Shown: positions 17,531-27,608, numbered from the stretch's first letter. The stretch is 64,000 nucleotides of DNA from a bacterium (GCA_041393395.1 JAWKKG010000002.1:124468-188467); one strand, 5' to 3'. Notes: generated by a model from the letters alone, not told the origin. Numbers and translations: made by a program.

Positions 17531-19464
17531 GCGCGCGACGGGGAGGGTGGGCGATCGTTCTCGTCCTCGCGATCGCGGGGACGGCGGGCTGGCTGCTCGG
17601 ACGGGGCGGTGACTCGAAGCCCGCGGCCGAATCGCCCGGCCCGGAGGCCGCGGCGGAGAGCGGCGAGGTCTGGACCTGCTCGATGCACCCGCAGATCCGG
17701 CTGTCGCATCCCGGAAAGTGTCCGATCTGCTTCATGGATCTGATCCCGGTGGAGGCCGGCGATGCCGGTGACACGTCGCCGGTGCTGACGATCTCGCCGG
17801 CCGCCCGCGCGCTCGCGGGAATCCGCACCGTGGAGGTCGTGCGTGATCGCCCGTCGGTCGAGGTGCGCCTGTTCGGGCGCGTCGCGGCGGACGAGACCCG
17901 CACCGCGAGCGAGACCGCGCGCGTGGCCGGCCGACTCGATCGGCTGTACGTGGACTTCACGGGCATCCGGGTCCGCTCCGGCGATCACCTCGCGGAGATC
18001 TACTCGCCCGAGCTGCTCGCCGCGCAGCAGGAGTACCTGCAGGCGCTCCGCACCCGCGACACGGGCTCCGGCGGAGACTTCCTCCGCGAGGCCACCCGAC
18101 AGACTGTGAAGGCGGCGCGCGACAAGCTCTCGCTGTTCGGACTCACGGATCGCCAGATCGAGTCGCTGGAGCAGCGTGGCCAGCCGTCGGATCACGTGAC
18201 GCTGTATTCCCACCAGGGCGGCATCGTGGTGGAGAAGCTCGCCACGGAAGGCGACTACGTGCAGACGGGCGCGGTGATCTATCGCATCTCCGATCTTTCT
18301 CGCGTGTGGGTGCTGCTCGACGCCTACGAGTCCGATCTCTCGTGTCTGCGCTGGGGACAGGAGATCGAGTTCGGCACGGATGCGCACCCCGGTCGCACGT
18401 TTCGCGGAACGATCTCGTTCGTGTCGCCCACGCTCGACCCCGCGACGCGTACGGCGAAGGTCCGCGTGAACGTGGCGAACGAGCGCGACGCGCTGAAGCC
18501 CGGGATGTTCGTCCGCGCGACGGTCTACGCCGAGGTCGACGACCACGGCGACGTGATCTCCGGCGTGGCGCCCGGTCAGTGGATGTGCCCCATGCACCCC
18601 GAGGTCGTGGCGCAGGGTCCGGGCACCTGCGAGGTCTGCGGGATGGCGCTCGTCCCGGCGGAGAAGCTCGGTCTGGTGGCGAGTCCCGGCGACGGGAAGG
18701 CGCCGATCGTGGTGCCGGTGCCGGCCGTGATGTTCACCGGGAAGCGCGCGCTCGTGTACGTCGAGCGCGACGTGGACGGCGCGCCCGGCTTCGAGGCGCG
18801 CGAGGTGACGCTCGGTCCGCGCGCCGGCGACTCCTACGTGGTGCTGGCGGGGTTGGCGGAGGGTGAGCGCGTCGTCGCGGAAGGCGCGTTCAAGATCGAC
18901 AGCGAGCTGCAGATCCGCGGACGCGAGAGCCTGATGAGCGCGCCGACGGCCGGTGTCCCGGCCGAGCCGGCCGCCGCGAGCTCCACGACGCCGCCGGGAG
19001 ACGCGGCGTTCGCCGCGCGACTCGCCCCGCTGTACGACGCCTACTTCGCGCTGTGGCGCGCCCTCGCCGGAGACGACGAGAAGGTGGCGCGAGCGGCCGC
19101 CGGGAAGGTGGCCGAGGCGGCGGCCGCGGTCGACGTCGACGATCGGGCGATGTCCGAGCGCCGCCTCTGGAAGGAGCAGTCGACCCGGATCGCCGAGGCC
19201 CTCGCGTCGGCGGATCGCGCGGATCTCGCCGCGCTGCGGGCCGCGTTCCAGACCGTGTCCGCGACGGTGGACGAGATCGAAGCGCGGTTCGGTCACGTCG
19301 GCGAGGCGTGGGTGCGCACCCACTGTCCGATGGCGTTCGACTTCGCCGGCGCGGACTGGCTGCAGACGCAGAAGGAGATCCTGAATCCCTACTTCGGATC
19401 CGAAATGCTGCGCTGCGGCTCCGTCACGCAGGAGCGTCCGCCCGTCGCGGGGAGCGGGTCGTGA
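17527..19464 (+). CDS. cusB: RND efflux periplasmic adaptor (CusB/SilB-like) with two N-terminal metal-binding CxMHP...CPxC motifs and a C-terminal DUF3347-like extension
   Basis: ATG overlaps the cusC stop (ATGA). Motifs: WTCSMHPQIRLSHPGKCPICFMDL and WMCPMHPEVVAQGPGTCEVCGMAL; membrane-fusion-protein beta-barrel/lipoyl core; C-terminal HCPMAF...WLQ...NPYFG. The upstream part of the 17071 ORF is rejected. Confidence 0.85.
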   Translation: MSARRGGWAIVLVLAIAGTAGWLLGRGGDSKPAAESPGPEAAAESGEVWTCSMHPQIRLSHPGKCPICFMDLIPVEAGDAGDTSPVLTISPAARALAGIRTVEVVRDRPSVEVRLFGRVAADETRTASETARVAGRLDRLYVDFTGIRVRSGDHLAEIYSPELLAAQQEYLQALRTRDTGSGGDFLREATRQTVKAARDKLSLFGLTDRQIESLEQRGQPSDHVTLYSHQGGIVVEKLATEGDYVQTGAVIYRISDLSRVWVLLDAYESDLSCLRWGQEIEFGTDAHPGRTFRGTISFVSPTLDPATRTAKVRVNVANERDALKPGMFVRATVYAEVDDHGDVISGVAPGQWMCPMHPEVVAQGPGTCEVCGMALVPAEKLGLVASPGDGKAPIVVPVPAVMFTGKRALVYVERDVDGAPGFEAREVTLGPRAGDSYVVLAGLAEGERVVAEGAFKIDSELQIRGRESLMSAPTAGVPAEPAAASSTTPPGDAAFAARLAPLYDAYFALWRALAGDDEKVARAAAGKVAEAAAAVDVDDRAMSERRLWKEQSTRIAEALASADRADLAALRAAFQTVSATVDEIEARFGHVGEAWVRTHCPMAFDFAGADWLQTQKEILNPYFGSEMLRCGSVTQERPPVAGSGS

Positions 19465-22400
19465 TCGCCGCGATCGTCCGCGGTTGCCTCGAGAACCGCT
19501 TCGTCGTGCTGCTCGCCACCGCGATGCTGATCGTGGCGGGCCTCGTCGTGGCGCCGTTCGCCTGGCACCTCGGTCCGCTGCCTCGCGATCCCGTGCCCGT
19601 GGACGCGATCCCGGATCTCGGGGAGAACCAGCAGATCCTGTTCACGGAGTGGCCGGGTCGCTCCCCCCGCGACGTGGAGGACCAGATCACGTACCCGCTG
19701 ACCGCGTCGCTGCTCGGGCTGCCGGGCGTGCGCACGGTGCGGAGCAACTCGTTCTTCGGATTCAGCTCCATCTACGTGATCTTCGAGGAGAACGTCGACT
19801 TCTACTGGTCGCGTTCGCGCATCCTCGAGAAGCTCGCGAGCCTGCCGAAGGGAACGCTGCCGGAGGGCGTGCAGCCCGCGCTCGGACCGGACGCGACCGG
19901 TCTCGGTCAGGTGTTCTGGTACACGCTGGAAGGGCGCGATGCGGACGGCAATCCCGCGCCGGGCTGGGATCCGCAGGAGCTGCGCACGATCCAGGACTTC
20001 CAGGTCAAGTACGCGCTCGCGGCGGTACATGGCGTGGCCGAGGTCGCCTCCGTGGGCGGGCACGTCGCCGAGTACCAGGTCGACGTCGATCCGGACGCGT
20101 TGCGGGCGCGCGGCGTGACGCTCGCCCAGGTGACGGACGCCGTGCGACGCTCGAACGCCGACGTCGGCGCGCGCACGCTCGAGATCGCGAACGCGGAGTA
20201 CGTCGTGCGCGGGATCGGGTTCCTGCGCAGCGTGGGGGACCTCGAGGAGAGCGTGGTCGTCGCGCGCGAGGGGGCGCCGGTCCGGATCCGCGACGTGGCG
20301 CACGTGTCGCGCGGCCCGGCGTTGCGCCGCGGCGTGCTCGACAAGGACGGCGCGGAGGCCGTCGGCGGCGTGGTCGTGGTGCGTTACGGCGAGAACCCGC
20401 TCGCCGCCATCCGCGGCGTGAAGGAGAAGATCGCGGAGATCGCGCCGGGACTCCCTGTGCGCACGCTGGAGGACGGGCGGCTCTCGCGCGTCACGGTGGT
20501 GCCGTTCTACGATCGGACGGGGCTCATCCACGAGACGCTCGGCACGCTGAACGACGCGCTCTCGCAGGAAGTGCTGATCACGATCGTGGTCGTGCTCGTG
20601 ATGATCGGCCACCTCGCCACGTCGGCTCTCGTTTCGCTCGTGCTTCCGCTCGCCGTGCTCGTGGCGTTCCTCGGCATGAAGCTGATCGGCCTCGACGCGA
20701 ACGTCGTGTCGCTCGCGGGCATCGCGATCGCGATCGGCACGATCGTGGACATGGGCATCGTGGTGCTCGAGAACGTCCTTCGCCACGCCGAACGCGCGGA
20801 GCCCGGCGAGTCGCGGGTGGAGATCGTCCGGCGGGCGACGACCGAGGTCGGCGGGGCGGTGCTCACCGCGATCCTCACCACCGTGGTCAGCTTCCTGCCC
20901 GTGTTCACGATGCACGGTCCGGAAGGAAAGATGTTCCGGCCGCTCGCCTGGACCAAGACGTTGACGCTGCTCGCATCGGTGATCGTGGCGCTGACGATCC
21001 TGCCGACGCTCGCGACGTTCCAGCGCGGGCTCGGTCGCGACACGGCCTCCCGGCGCGGCCGCTGGATTCGAGTCGCGGTCATCGCCGTCGCCGTCGTGTT
21101 CCTCGCCGTCCGCTGGCTCCCGCTCGGGCCCGGTCGATCCACGGCGCTGAACCTGCTGTTCGTGGGCGCGCTGCTCGCGTTCTGGCTCGGCGGCTTCTGG
21201 TTCTTCCGTCGGTCCTATCCGCAGCTTCTCGGCTGGTGTCTCGCGCACAAGGCGGCGGTGCTCGGCCCGGTGGCCGTGTTGCTGGTGGGTGGCGGCCTCG
21301 CGTGGTCCACGCTCGGGAAGGAGTTCCTGCCGCCGCTGGACGAGGGCTCGTTCCTGTACATGCCCACCACGATGCCGCACGCGTCGCTCGGCGAGGCGCG
21401 CGACGTCCTCTCCACGCTGGATCGCGCGATCGGCGCGTTGCCGGAGGTGGAGCTCGCGGTGGGGAAGATCGGTCGCGTCGACAGCGCGCTCGATCCGGCG
21501 CCGATCTCCATGGTGGAGACGGTGGTCCAGATCAAGCCGGAGTACGGCGTCGACGAGAACGGTCATCGCGTGCGCCAGTGGCGGGACGAGATCCGCGATC
21601 TCGACGACGTGTGGAACGCGATCACGGAGACGGCGCAGCTCCCGGGCACGACGTCGGCGCCGCGGCTCCAGCCGATCGCCGCCCGGCAGGTGATGCTGCA
21701 GAGCGGGATGCGCGCGCCGATGGGCGTGAAGGTCCGCGGCCCGGACCTCGAGACGATCGAGCGCGTGGGGCTCGAGATCGAGAAGCTGCTCAAGGAGGTG
21801 CCGGGCGTCGAAGCGTCGGCGGTGCTCGCGGATCGCGTGGTGGGCAAGCCGTATCTCGAGATCGAGATCGATCGGGAGGCGCTCGCGCGCTACGGCCTGC
21901 ACGTCCGCGACGTCCAGGACGTGATCGAGGTCGCGATCGGAGGCCGGGCGATCACGCGCACGGTGGAGGGTCGCGAGCGCTACGACGTGCGCGTGCGCTA
22001 CCTGCGCGAGCTGCGGGATTCTCCGGAGGCGCTCGGCGGCATTCTCGTCTCCGCGCCGTCCGGCGTGCAGATCCCGCTGCGCGAGCTCGCGACGTTCCAG
22101 ACGGTCCGCGGCCCGCAGTCGATCAAGAGCGAGGACACGTTCCTCGTGGCGTACGTCGTGTTCGATCGCCGCCCGGGCACGGCGGAGGTCGACGTGGTGG
22201 AGGCGGCGCGGGATCACCTGCGGCAGGCCGTCGCGGATGGCCGGCTGGAGATCCCCTCCGGCGTGAGCTACCAGTTCGCGGGGAGCTTCGAGAACCAGGT
22301 GCGGTCCGAACGGCGCCTGAAGCTCGTCCTGCCGCTCGCACTCGCCGCGATCGTGCTGCTCCTGCAGCTGCAGTTCCGGCGGATCTCCGTCACGCTGCTC

Positions 22401-22883
22401 GTGTTCTCGGGCGTGTTCGTGGCTTGGGCGGGCGGATTCGTCCTGCTGTGGCTCTACGGGCAGCCGTGGTGGCTCGACGTCCCCGGCCTGGGCGGGATGC
22501 TGCGGGAGACGTTCCACGTGGGGCCGATCAACCTTTCCGTGGCGGTGTGGGTCGGCTTCCTCGCGCTGTTCGGGATCGCGACGGACGACGGGGTGTTGAT
22601 CGCGACGTACCTCGGGCAAGTCTTCCGCGAGCGTCGCCCCACGACGGTCGAAGGCGTGCGGGCGGCCACGGTCGAGGCGGCGTCCCGCCGGATCCGACCC
22701 GCGCTGATGACCACGGCCACGACGATCCTCGCCCTGCTGCCCGTCCTCACTTCCGCGGGGAAGGGGGCGGATGTCATGATCCCGATGGCGATTCCGTCGG
22801 TGGGCGGAATGACCGTCGCGATACTCACGGTCCTGGTGGTTCCGGTGCTCTGGAGTGTTCTGCACGAAAGGAGAGTTCGATGA
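19461..22883 (+). CDS. cusA: Heavy-metal efflux RND permease (CusA/CzcA family)
   Basis: GTG overlaps the cusB stop (GTGA). 12-TM RND architecture, about 1140 aa. N-terminus IVRGCLENRFVVLLATAML is typical of the HME family. Confidence 0.9.
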   Translation: MIAAIVRGCLENRFVVLLATAMLIVAGLVVAPFAWHLGPLPRDPVPVDAIPDLGENQQILFTEWPGRSPRDVEDQITYPLTASLLGLPGVRTVRSNSFFGFSSIYVIFEENVDFYWSRSRILEKLASLPKGTLPEGVQPALGPDATGLGQVFWYTLEGRDADGNPAPGWDPQELRTIQDFQVKYALAAVHGVAEVASVGGHVAEYQVDVDPDALRARGVTLAQVTDAVRRSNADVGARTLEIANAEYVVRGIGFLRSVGDLEESVVVAREGAPVRIRDVAHVSRGPALRRGVLDKDGAEAVGGVVVVRYGENPLAAIRGVKEKIAEIAPGLPVRTLEDGRLSRVTVVPFYDRTGLIHETLGTLNDALSQEVLITIVVVLVMIGHLATSALVSLVLPLAVLVAFLGMKLIGLDANVVSLAGIAIAIGTIVDMGIVVLENVLRHAERAEPGESRVEIVRRATTEVGGAVLTAILTTVVSFLPVFTMHGPEGKMFRPLAWTKTLTLLASVIVALTILPTLATFQRGLGRDTASRRGRWIRVAVIAVAVVFLAVRWLPLGPGRSTALNLLFVGALLAFWLGGFWFFRRSYPQLLGWCLAHKAAVLGPVAVLLVGGGLAWSTLGKEFLPPLDEGSFLYMPTTMPHASLGEARDVLSTLDRAIGALPEVELAVGKIGRVDSALDPAPISMVETVVQIKPEYGVDENGHRVRQWRDEIRDLDDVWNAITETAQLPGTTSAPRLQPIAARQVMLQSGMRAPMGVKVRGPDLETIERVGLEIEKLLKEVPGVEASAVLADRVVGKPYLEIEIDREALARYGLHVRDVQDVIEVAIGGRAITRTVEGRERYDVRVRYLRELRDSPEALGGILVSAPSGVQIPLRELATFQTVRGPQSIKSEDTFLVAYVVFDRRPGTAEVDVVEAARDHLRQAVADGRLEIPSGVSYQFAGSFENQVRSERRLKLVLPLALAAIVLLLQLQFRRISVTLLVFSGVFVAWAGGFVLLWLYGQPWWLDVPGLGGMLRETFHVGPINLSVAVWVGFLALFGIATDDGVLIATYLGQVFRERRPTTVEGVRAATVEAASRRIRPALMTTATTILALLPVLTSAGKGADVMIPMAIPSVGGMTVAILTVLVVPVLWSVLHERRVR

Positions 22884-23581
22884 AGAAGCTGATGCTGGTG
22901 ATCGTGGCCCTCGCGGGGGCGGCCGTCGGCTACTGGGTGTCGTCGCGGGCCGGTTCGGAGGACGCCTCGCCGAAGGAAGCCACGGCGAAGGAGGCTGCCG
23001 CGCAGGTCTCGATTCCGGCCGACGCACAACTCGCGTGGTATCCGTGGACGGACTGTCCGATCTGCGGCATGGAGCTCGGCGACGCGCCGGTGAATGCCAC
23101 GAGCGGCGGCGAGCTCGTTCGACTCTGCAGCGACGGATGCGCCGAGAAGTTCCAGGCCGACCCGCAGCCCGTGCTCGCGAAGCGCGAGGCGGCAATCCGG
23201 GAGGCGCAGGGGCCGCTCTACGCGCTCACGGTGTGCCCGGTCAGCGGCGAGGAGCTCGGCAGCATGGGCGACGCCACCGAGCACGTCTTCGGGTCGCGAC
23301 TCGTGCGGTTCTGCTGCGATCACTGCGTTCCGAAGTTCGTCGCCGATCCGGCCGCGGCGTTCGCGCAGATCGATTCGGCGGCGGTGCAGGCGCAGCTCGC
23401 GGTCTATCCCACGGACGAGTGCCCGGTGATGGAGGGCATGAAGCTCGATTCCATGGGCACGCCGAAGAACGTGCTGTGGAACGGTCGCCTCGTGCGGCTC
23501 TGCTGCGACTCGTGCACCGAGGACTTCGCGAAGGACCCGGCTGCCTACGTCGCGAAGGTGTGGGGCCCGCAGGGAACCTGA
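22880..23581 (+). CDS. Periplasmic protein with three tandem YHS/TRASH-like metal-binding repeats
   Basis: ATG overlaps the cusA stop (ATGA). Signal peptide MKKLMLVIVALAGAAVG. Three repeats of ...CP(I/V)xG(M/E)ELG...LVR(L/F)C(S/C)D(G/H/S)C...F..DP. Confidence 0.7.
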   Translation: MKKLMLVIVALAGAAVGYWVSSRAGSEDASPKEATAKEAAAQVSIPADAQLAWYPWTDCPICGMELGDAPVNATSGGELVRLCSDGCAEKFQADPQPVLAKREAAIREAQGPLYALTVCPVSGEELGSMGDATEHVFGSRLVRFCCDHCVPKFVADPAAAFAQIDSAAVQAQLAVYPTDECPVMEGMKLDSMGTPKNVLWNGRLVRLCCDSCTEDFAKDPAAYVAKVWGPQGT

Positions 23582-23588
23582 TCGCGCG

Positions 23589-24179
23589 TCAGTCCGCGAG
23601 CGCGAGTGCCAGCTGGGCCGTGTCGTCGCGGAGTGCCACGCCCTCGTGGCGGAGCAGCCAGTGCTTGCGGGCGACGCCGCCGCCGAAGCCGGTGAGGCGT
23701 CCGTCGGCGCCCACGATCCGGTGGCACGGGATCACGAGCGGGATCGGATTCGATCCCACGGCGCCGCCGGCCGCGCGCGCGGAACCGGGATGCCCGACCT
23801 CCGCCGCGAGCTGGCCGTACGTACGGGTCTCGCCCACGGGAATGCGTCGCAGGGCGTTCCACACCGCGGCCTGGAAGCCGGTGCCGCCGGGGTCTGCCGG
23901 CAGCTCGTCCAGCGCGGTCGGGTCGCCGCGGAAGTAGCGGGTGAGCGCGCGGGCGGGGGCCGAGCGCTCGCCCGCCTCCTCGCGCTTCACTTCCGGTCCG
24001 AACCGCGCGGTCAGGTAGGCGAACAGATGCGACGTGACGTCGCCGGGCGCCCACTTCGTTTCCCAGGTCGAGCGGGACATCGCGTGGTCCATCCGGGCGG
24101 CCACGATCACGTCGTCCTTCCAGGCGAGCGCCACGCGCCCCACCGGAGTGTCCTGCGCGCACCACCGGATCGTCGTCAT
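23589..24179 (-). CDS. ogt: Methylated-DNA-protein-cysteine S-methyltransferase (Ogt/MGMT)
   Basis: Active-site PCHRIV and a helix-turn-helix; 196 aa. Its start ATG overlaps the stop of the upstream ada/alkA gene (ATGA). Confidence 0.9.
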   Translation of the reverse strand: MTTIRWCAQDTPVGRVALAWKDDVIVAARMDHAMSRSTWETKWAPGDVTSHLFAYLTARFGPEVKREEAGERSAPARALTRYFRGDPTALDELPADPGGTGFQAAVWNALRRIPVGETRTYGQLAAEVGHPGSARAAGGAVGSNPIPLVIPCHRIVGADGRLTGFGGGVARKHWLLRHEGVALRDDTAQLALALAD

Positions 24180-25639
24180 GCCGGAGTCTCCTTCTTCCAG
24201 AGGTACAGGACGGCGTAGGCGCGCCACGGCCGCCAGCGCTCCGAGAGGGCGAGCGCTTCCGCCGCGGACGGCATGCCGTCCCCGTTCTCGAGTGCGCGAC
24301 GCACGCCGAGGTCGCCGGCCAGGAACGTGTCCGGCTGCCCGAGCGCGCGCATCGCGACGTACTGCGCGGTCCACTCGCCGATTCCCGGCACGTCCATCAG
24401 CGCGAGATGGGTGCGGTCGTGGCACTCGCCCCACGACAGCGGGAGCTCGCGCGCCGACACCCGGCGGCCGAGCTCGCGGATCGCGTCGATGCGCTGCTGC
24501 GGGATGCCGAGATCCGAGAGCGGGGCGGTCGCGAGCGTTTCCGGGGTCGGGAACAGGAGAGTCACCCCGCCGTCCTGCTCGGCCGGCGGGAGCGGCGCTC
24601 CGTGCCGGGCGGCGACGCGGCCGGTCAACGTCGTGGCTCCCTTGACCGAGACCTGCTGTCCGAGGATCGCGCGCACGCACAGCTCGAATGGATCCCAGGC
24701 GCCGGGCACGCGCAGGCCCGCGTGCCGCCGGACGACGTCGCCGAGCACCGGATCCGCCCCGAGGCGGTCCGCGATCGGGACCGGATCCGCGCCGAGGTCG
24801 AACAGGCGTCGCGTCCGCTCCGCGAGATCCATGAGTCGACGCCTGGCCGAAGCGGGAGCGGACAGCACGAGGCACGGTCGATCCTCGCAACGTCGCACGC
24901 GGATCACCCCGCGGCAGTCGTCGTACGCGAAGCTGCGTCGGTACTCGCCGTCGACGACTTCCTCCACCCCGGGCGTCGCGCGCGCCGCGAAGTAGTCGAG
25001 CAGGGCAGGCCAGTCGAACGGCTCGCGATACGGCAGGCGCAGCTCGATGCGACCTTCGGGCGAATCCTGACCTTCCGTGCGCGCGACCTTGCGGATCTCG
25101 GTCGGCGAGCGACCGAACGTCTCGCGCATCACCGTGTTGAAGCGCTTCACGCTCTGGAAGCCCGCCGCGAACGCGATGTCGCGCATCGGCAGATCCGTGT
25201 CGTCGAGCAGCTTGCGCGCGAAGTGGATGCGACGTGTCTGCGCGACCGCGAGCGGCGACGCGCCGACGTGTCGATCGAACAGTCGTCGCAGGTGCCGGCC
25301 GCCCACACCGAGACGATCCGCGAGATCGTCCACGCTGCCGCCGTCGAGTTCGCCCTCCGAGATGAGACGGAGCGCGCGCGCGACGGTGGCCGAGGTGCCG
25401 TGCCAGGCCGGCGTGCCCGGGGCGGTCTCCGGCCGGCAACGTCGGCAGGGACGGAAGCCCGCCGCCTCGGCCGCGGCCGCGTTCGAAAAGAAGCGGACAT
25501 TGTCCCGCTTCGGCGTGCGGGCCGGGCAGATCGGCCGGCAGTAGATTCCGGTGCTGGTCACGCCCGCGAAGAAGCGGCCGTCGAAACGACGGTCGCGGCT
25601 CTTGAGGGCGTCGTAGAAGCGGTCCGTGGGGGTCGACAT
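24176..25639 (-). CDS. alkA: Ada-like methylphosphotriester sensor plus AraC HTH, fused to an AlkA DNA-3-methyladenine glycosylase II domain
   Basis: N-terminal Zn site FFAGVTSTGIYCRPICPAR...PCRRCRP (Ada N-terminus), an AraC-type HTH, then an HhH-GPD glycosylase domain (...LMDVPGIGEWTAQYV...). Start set at ATG 25639, preceded by a TGnTATAC extended -10 only 6 nt upstream. Confidence 0.85.
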   Translation of the reverse strand: MSTPTDRFYDALKSRDRRFDGRFFAGVTSTGIYCRPICPARTPKRDNVRFFSNAAAAEAAGFRPCRRCRPETAPGTPAWHGTSATVARALRLISEGELDGGSVDDLADRLGVGGRHLRRLFDRHVGASPLAVAQTRRIHFARKLLDDTDLPMRDIAFAAGFQSVKRFNTVMRETFGRSPTEIRKVARTEGQDSPEGRIELRLPYREPFDWPALLDYFAARATPGVEEVVDGEYRRSFAYDDCRGVIRVRRCEDRPCLVLSAPASARRRLMDLAERTRRLFDLGADPVPIADRLGADPVLGDVVRRHAGLRVPGAWDPFELCVRAILGQQVSVKGATTLTGRVAARHGAPLPPAEQDGGVTLLFPTPETLATAPLSDLGIPQQRIDAIRELGRRVSARELPLSWGECHDRTHLALMDVPGIGEWTAQYVAMRALGQPDTFLAGDLGVRRALENGDGMPSAAEALALSERWRPWRAYAVLYLWKKETPA

Positions 25640-25781
25640 GATCCTCGTATAGCACGCGGCGCGGGGCGGAGATGGCCGCATTCGGACGTCCCGGTGGGGG
25701 CGGGGGACGAGCGGGAACGAGGCGGGGGCGACCCGCCCGCGCTCCCGCCGGACCGCGCGACGAGGCGGTCGGCGGTCGGCG

Positions 25782-26915
25782 CTACTCGTCCCGCCAGGAC
25801 GCGAGCAGGCTCTCCGTGTCCCGGACCATGCGCTCCATCGAGAAGCGCTCCTTCACGAGCGCGAGGCTGCGCTCCCCCATGCGGCGCGCGTGATCGCGAT
25901 CCGCGAGCACCCGGGCGAGCGCGTTCGCGAGGCCGTCGACGTCGCGCGGCTCGACCACGAAACCGTTCTCGCCTTCCTCGATCATCTCCGGCACGCCGCC
26001 GACGCGCGTCGTCACGAGCGGCTTCCCCATCGCCATCGCCTCGAGGAACGACATCGGAAACGTCTCGACCGTGGTGCTGCACAGCACGGAAACGTCGAAC
26101 AGCGAGAGCACACGCGGCACGTCCGTGCGTCGTCCCGTGAACACCACTCGGTCTCCGAGCGAGAGCTCGCCCGCGAGTCGCTCCAGCTTCTCCCGTTCCA
26201 CGCCCTCGCCCACCACCAGGAACCGCGCGTCCGGCACCCGCTCGAGAACGCGCGCGGCCGCGCGGAGAAACGTCGCGTGGTCTTTCTCGGGGCGCAGCAT
26301 CGCGAGGATGCCGGCGACCGGCGCGTCGCTCGCGATCCCGAGTTCGCGCGCGAGGTCCGCGTCGCGTGGCGCCGGACTCCAGTCCGTGAGATCGATGCCG
26401 TTGTAGATCACGCGGATCGTGTTCGGGTCGTAGCCCTTGTCCTCCACGAGGAACGGGATCTGACCGCGCGCGACCGCGATGGCGCCGTCGATCCAGCGCG
26501 CGAGTCGACGTTCGATCGGCCGCTTCTTCGGATCCGTGTCGATGCGGCCGGTCGCGTGCTCCGCCATCAGGATCGGCCGGATCCCGAGGATGCGTCCCAC
26601 GAGCACCCCGACGACCATCGTGGAGAATCCACGGATCACGAGGGCCCGCACCCGTTCCGCGCGGCAGATCCGCAGCAGCCGCCACGCGAACCGCGGGTCG
26701 AGCTTCCCGGGCACGTTCAGGACGTGGGTCGCCACGCCCGCCGCCGCGATCGGCTCCAGGAAGTGGCCGCCGTGCTTCTGACAGACGACGATCGGGCGGA
26801 ATCGTGTCCGGTCGAGCCGGGTCACGAGCTCCGCGAGCTGCCGCTCCGCGCCGCCCGTGTCCAGATGGGTGACGAGGAACAGGACCGGCCAGGGGGCGTC
26901 CGAGGGAGGGTTCAT
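25782..26915 (-). CDS. GT4-family (GT-B fold) glycosyltransferase
   Basis: 378 aa. N-terminus LVTHLDTGGAERQL and the C-terminal E-x7-E region ...ETFPMSFLEAMAMGKPLVTTRVGGVPEMIEEGENGFVV. The upstream extension of the 742-aa ORF is rejected. Confidence 0.85.
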   Translation of the reverse strand: MNPPSDAPWPVLFLVTHLDTGGAERQLAELVTRLDRTRFRPIVVCQKHGGHFLEPIAAAGVATHVLNVPGKLDPRFAWRLLRICRAERVRALVIRGFSTMVVGVLVGRILGIRPILMAEHATGRIDTDPKKRPIERRLARWIDGAIAVARGQIPFLVEDKGYDPNTIRVIYNGIDLTDWSPAPRDADLARELGIASDAPVAGILAMLRPEKDHATFLRAAARVLERVPDARFLVVGEGVEREKLERLAGELSLGDRVVFTGRRTDVPRVLSLFDVSVLCSTTVETFPMSFLEAMAMGKPLVTTRVGGVPEMIEEGENGFVVEPRDVDGLANALARVLADRDHARRMGERSLALVKERFSMERMVRDTESLLASWRDE

Positions 26916-27002
26916 CCGGGTCAGGATAGCACGCGGCCTCCCGGACCGACGATCGAGAAACCCCGGAAACCCCGCAACGACAGGCACTTCCGGGGCCGTG
27001 TC

Positions 27003-27031
27003 TTGACAGAGGGCCCGCGGATTTCTACTCT
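27003..27031 (+). promoter_or_regulatory. Candidate sigma-70-type promoter for erpA
   Basis: TTGACA (27003..27008), a 17-bp spacer, then TACTCT (27026..27031). Confidence 0.35.
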
Positions 27032-27167
27032 GGTACATGTCCCGCCCGCCCCGGGCTCGCGAGATGCCGGTGAACACGCCGGGCCGCGTCGGACCGGACG
27101 AGGAGCGTGAGAGTTCCTCGGGGCGGAGTTTTCCCGGCAGTCGCCGGAACCCGAACGTGAGGCGAAC

Positions 27168-27515
27168 ATGACGACCGATGTGAAGATGCCCACCCTCGAC
27201 ATCACCGATGTCGCGTCCGCGAAGATGTCCGAGATCCTCCGGGAAGAGAAGATGGAGGGGAAGGGCGTGCGGATCTACGTCGAGGGCGGCGGATGCTCGG
27301 GCTTCCAGTACGGCTTCGCGTTCGACGAGGCGCGGGACACGGATTTCCGGTTGCCCATGAAGGAAGGCTTCGAGGTGCTCGTGGACACGTTCAGCATGAA
27401 CTATCTCCGCGGCGCGAACGTCGACTTCGTGGACACGATCGAGGGTTCGGGATTCAAGATCTCGAATCCGAACGCGACCGGCTCCTGTGGTTGTGGGTCC
27501 TCGTTCTCGGTCTAG
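27168..27515 (+). CDS. erpA: Iron-sulfur cluster insertion protein (ErpA/IscA, HesB family)
   Basis: 115 aa with the three conserved Cys, GGGCSGFQY and CGCGSSF. Confidence 0.9.
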   Translation: MTTDVKMPTLDITDVASAKMSEILREEKMEGKGVRIYVEGGGCSGFQYGFAFDEARDTDFRLPMKEGFEVLVDTFSMNYLRGANVDFVDTIEGSGFKISNPNATGSCGCGSSFSV

Positions 27516-27535
27516 CGGGCGCCCTGCGGCAGGAT

Positions 27536-27573
27536 GAAGAGGGTCCCCGCGAGGCGGGGGCCCTCTTTTTTTA
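27536..27573 (+). terminator. Rho-independent terminator downstream of erpA
   Basis: GAAGAGGGTCCCCGC-GAGG-CGGGGGCCCTCTT is a GC-rich 13-bp stem, followed by a run of seven T. Confidence 0.65.
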
Positions 27574-27608
27574 TCGGTGCTCTCGGCACCCGAGAGCGCA
27601 GCGGGAAG

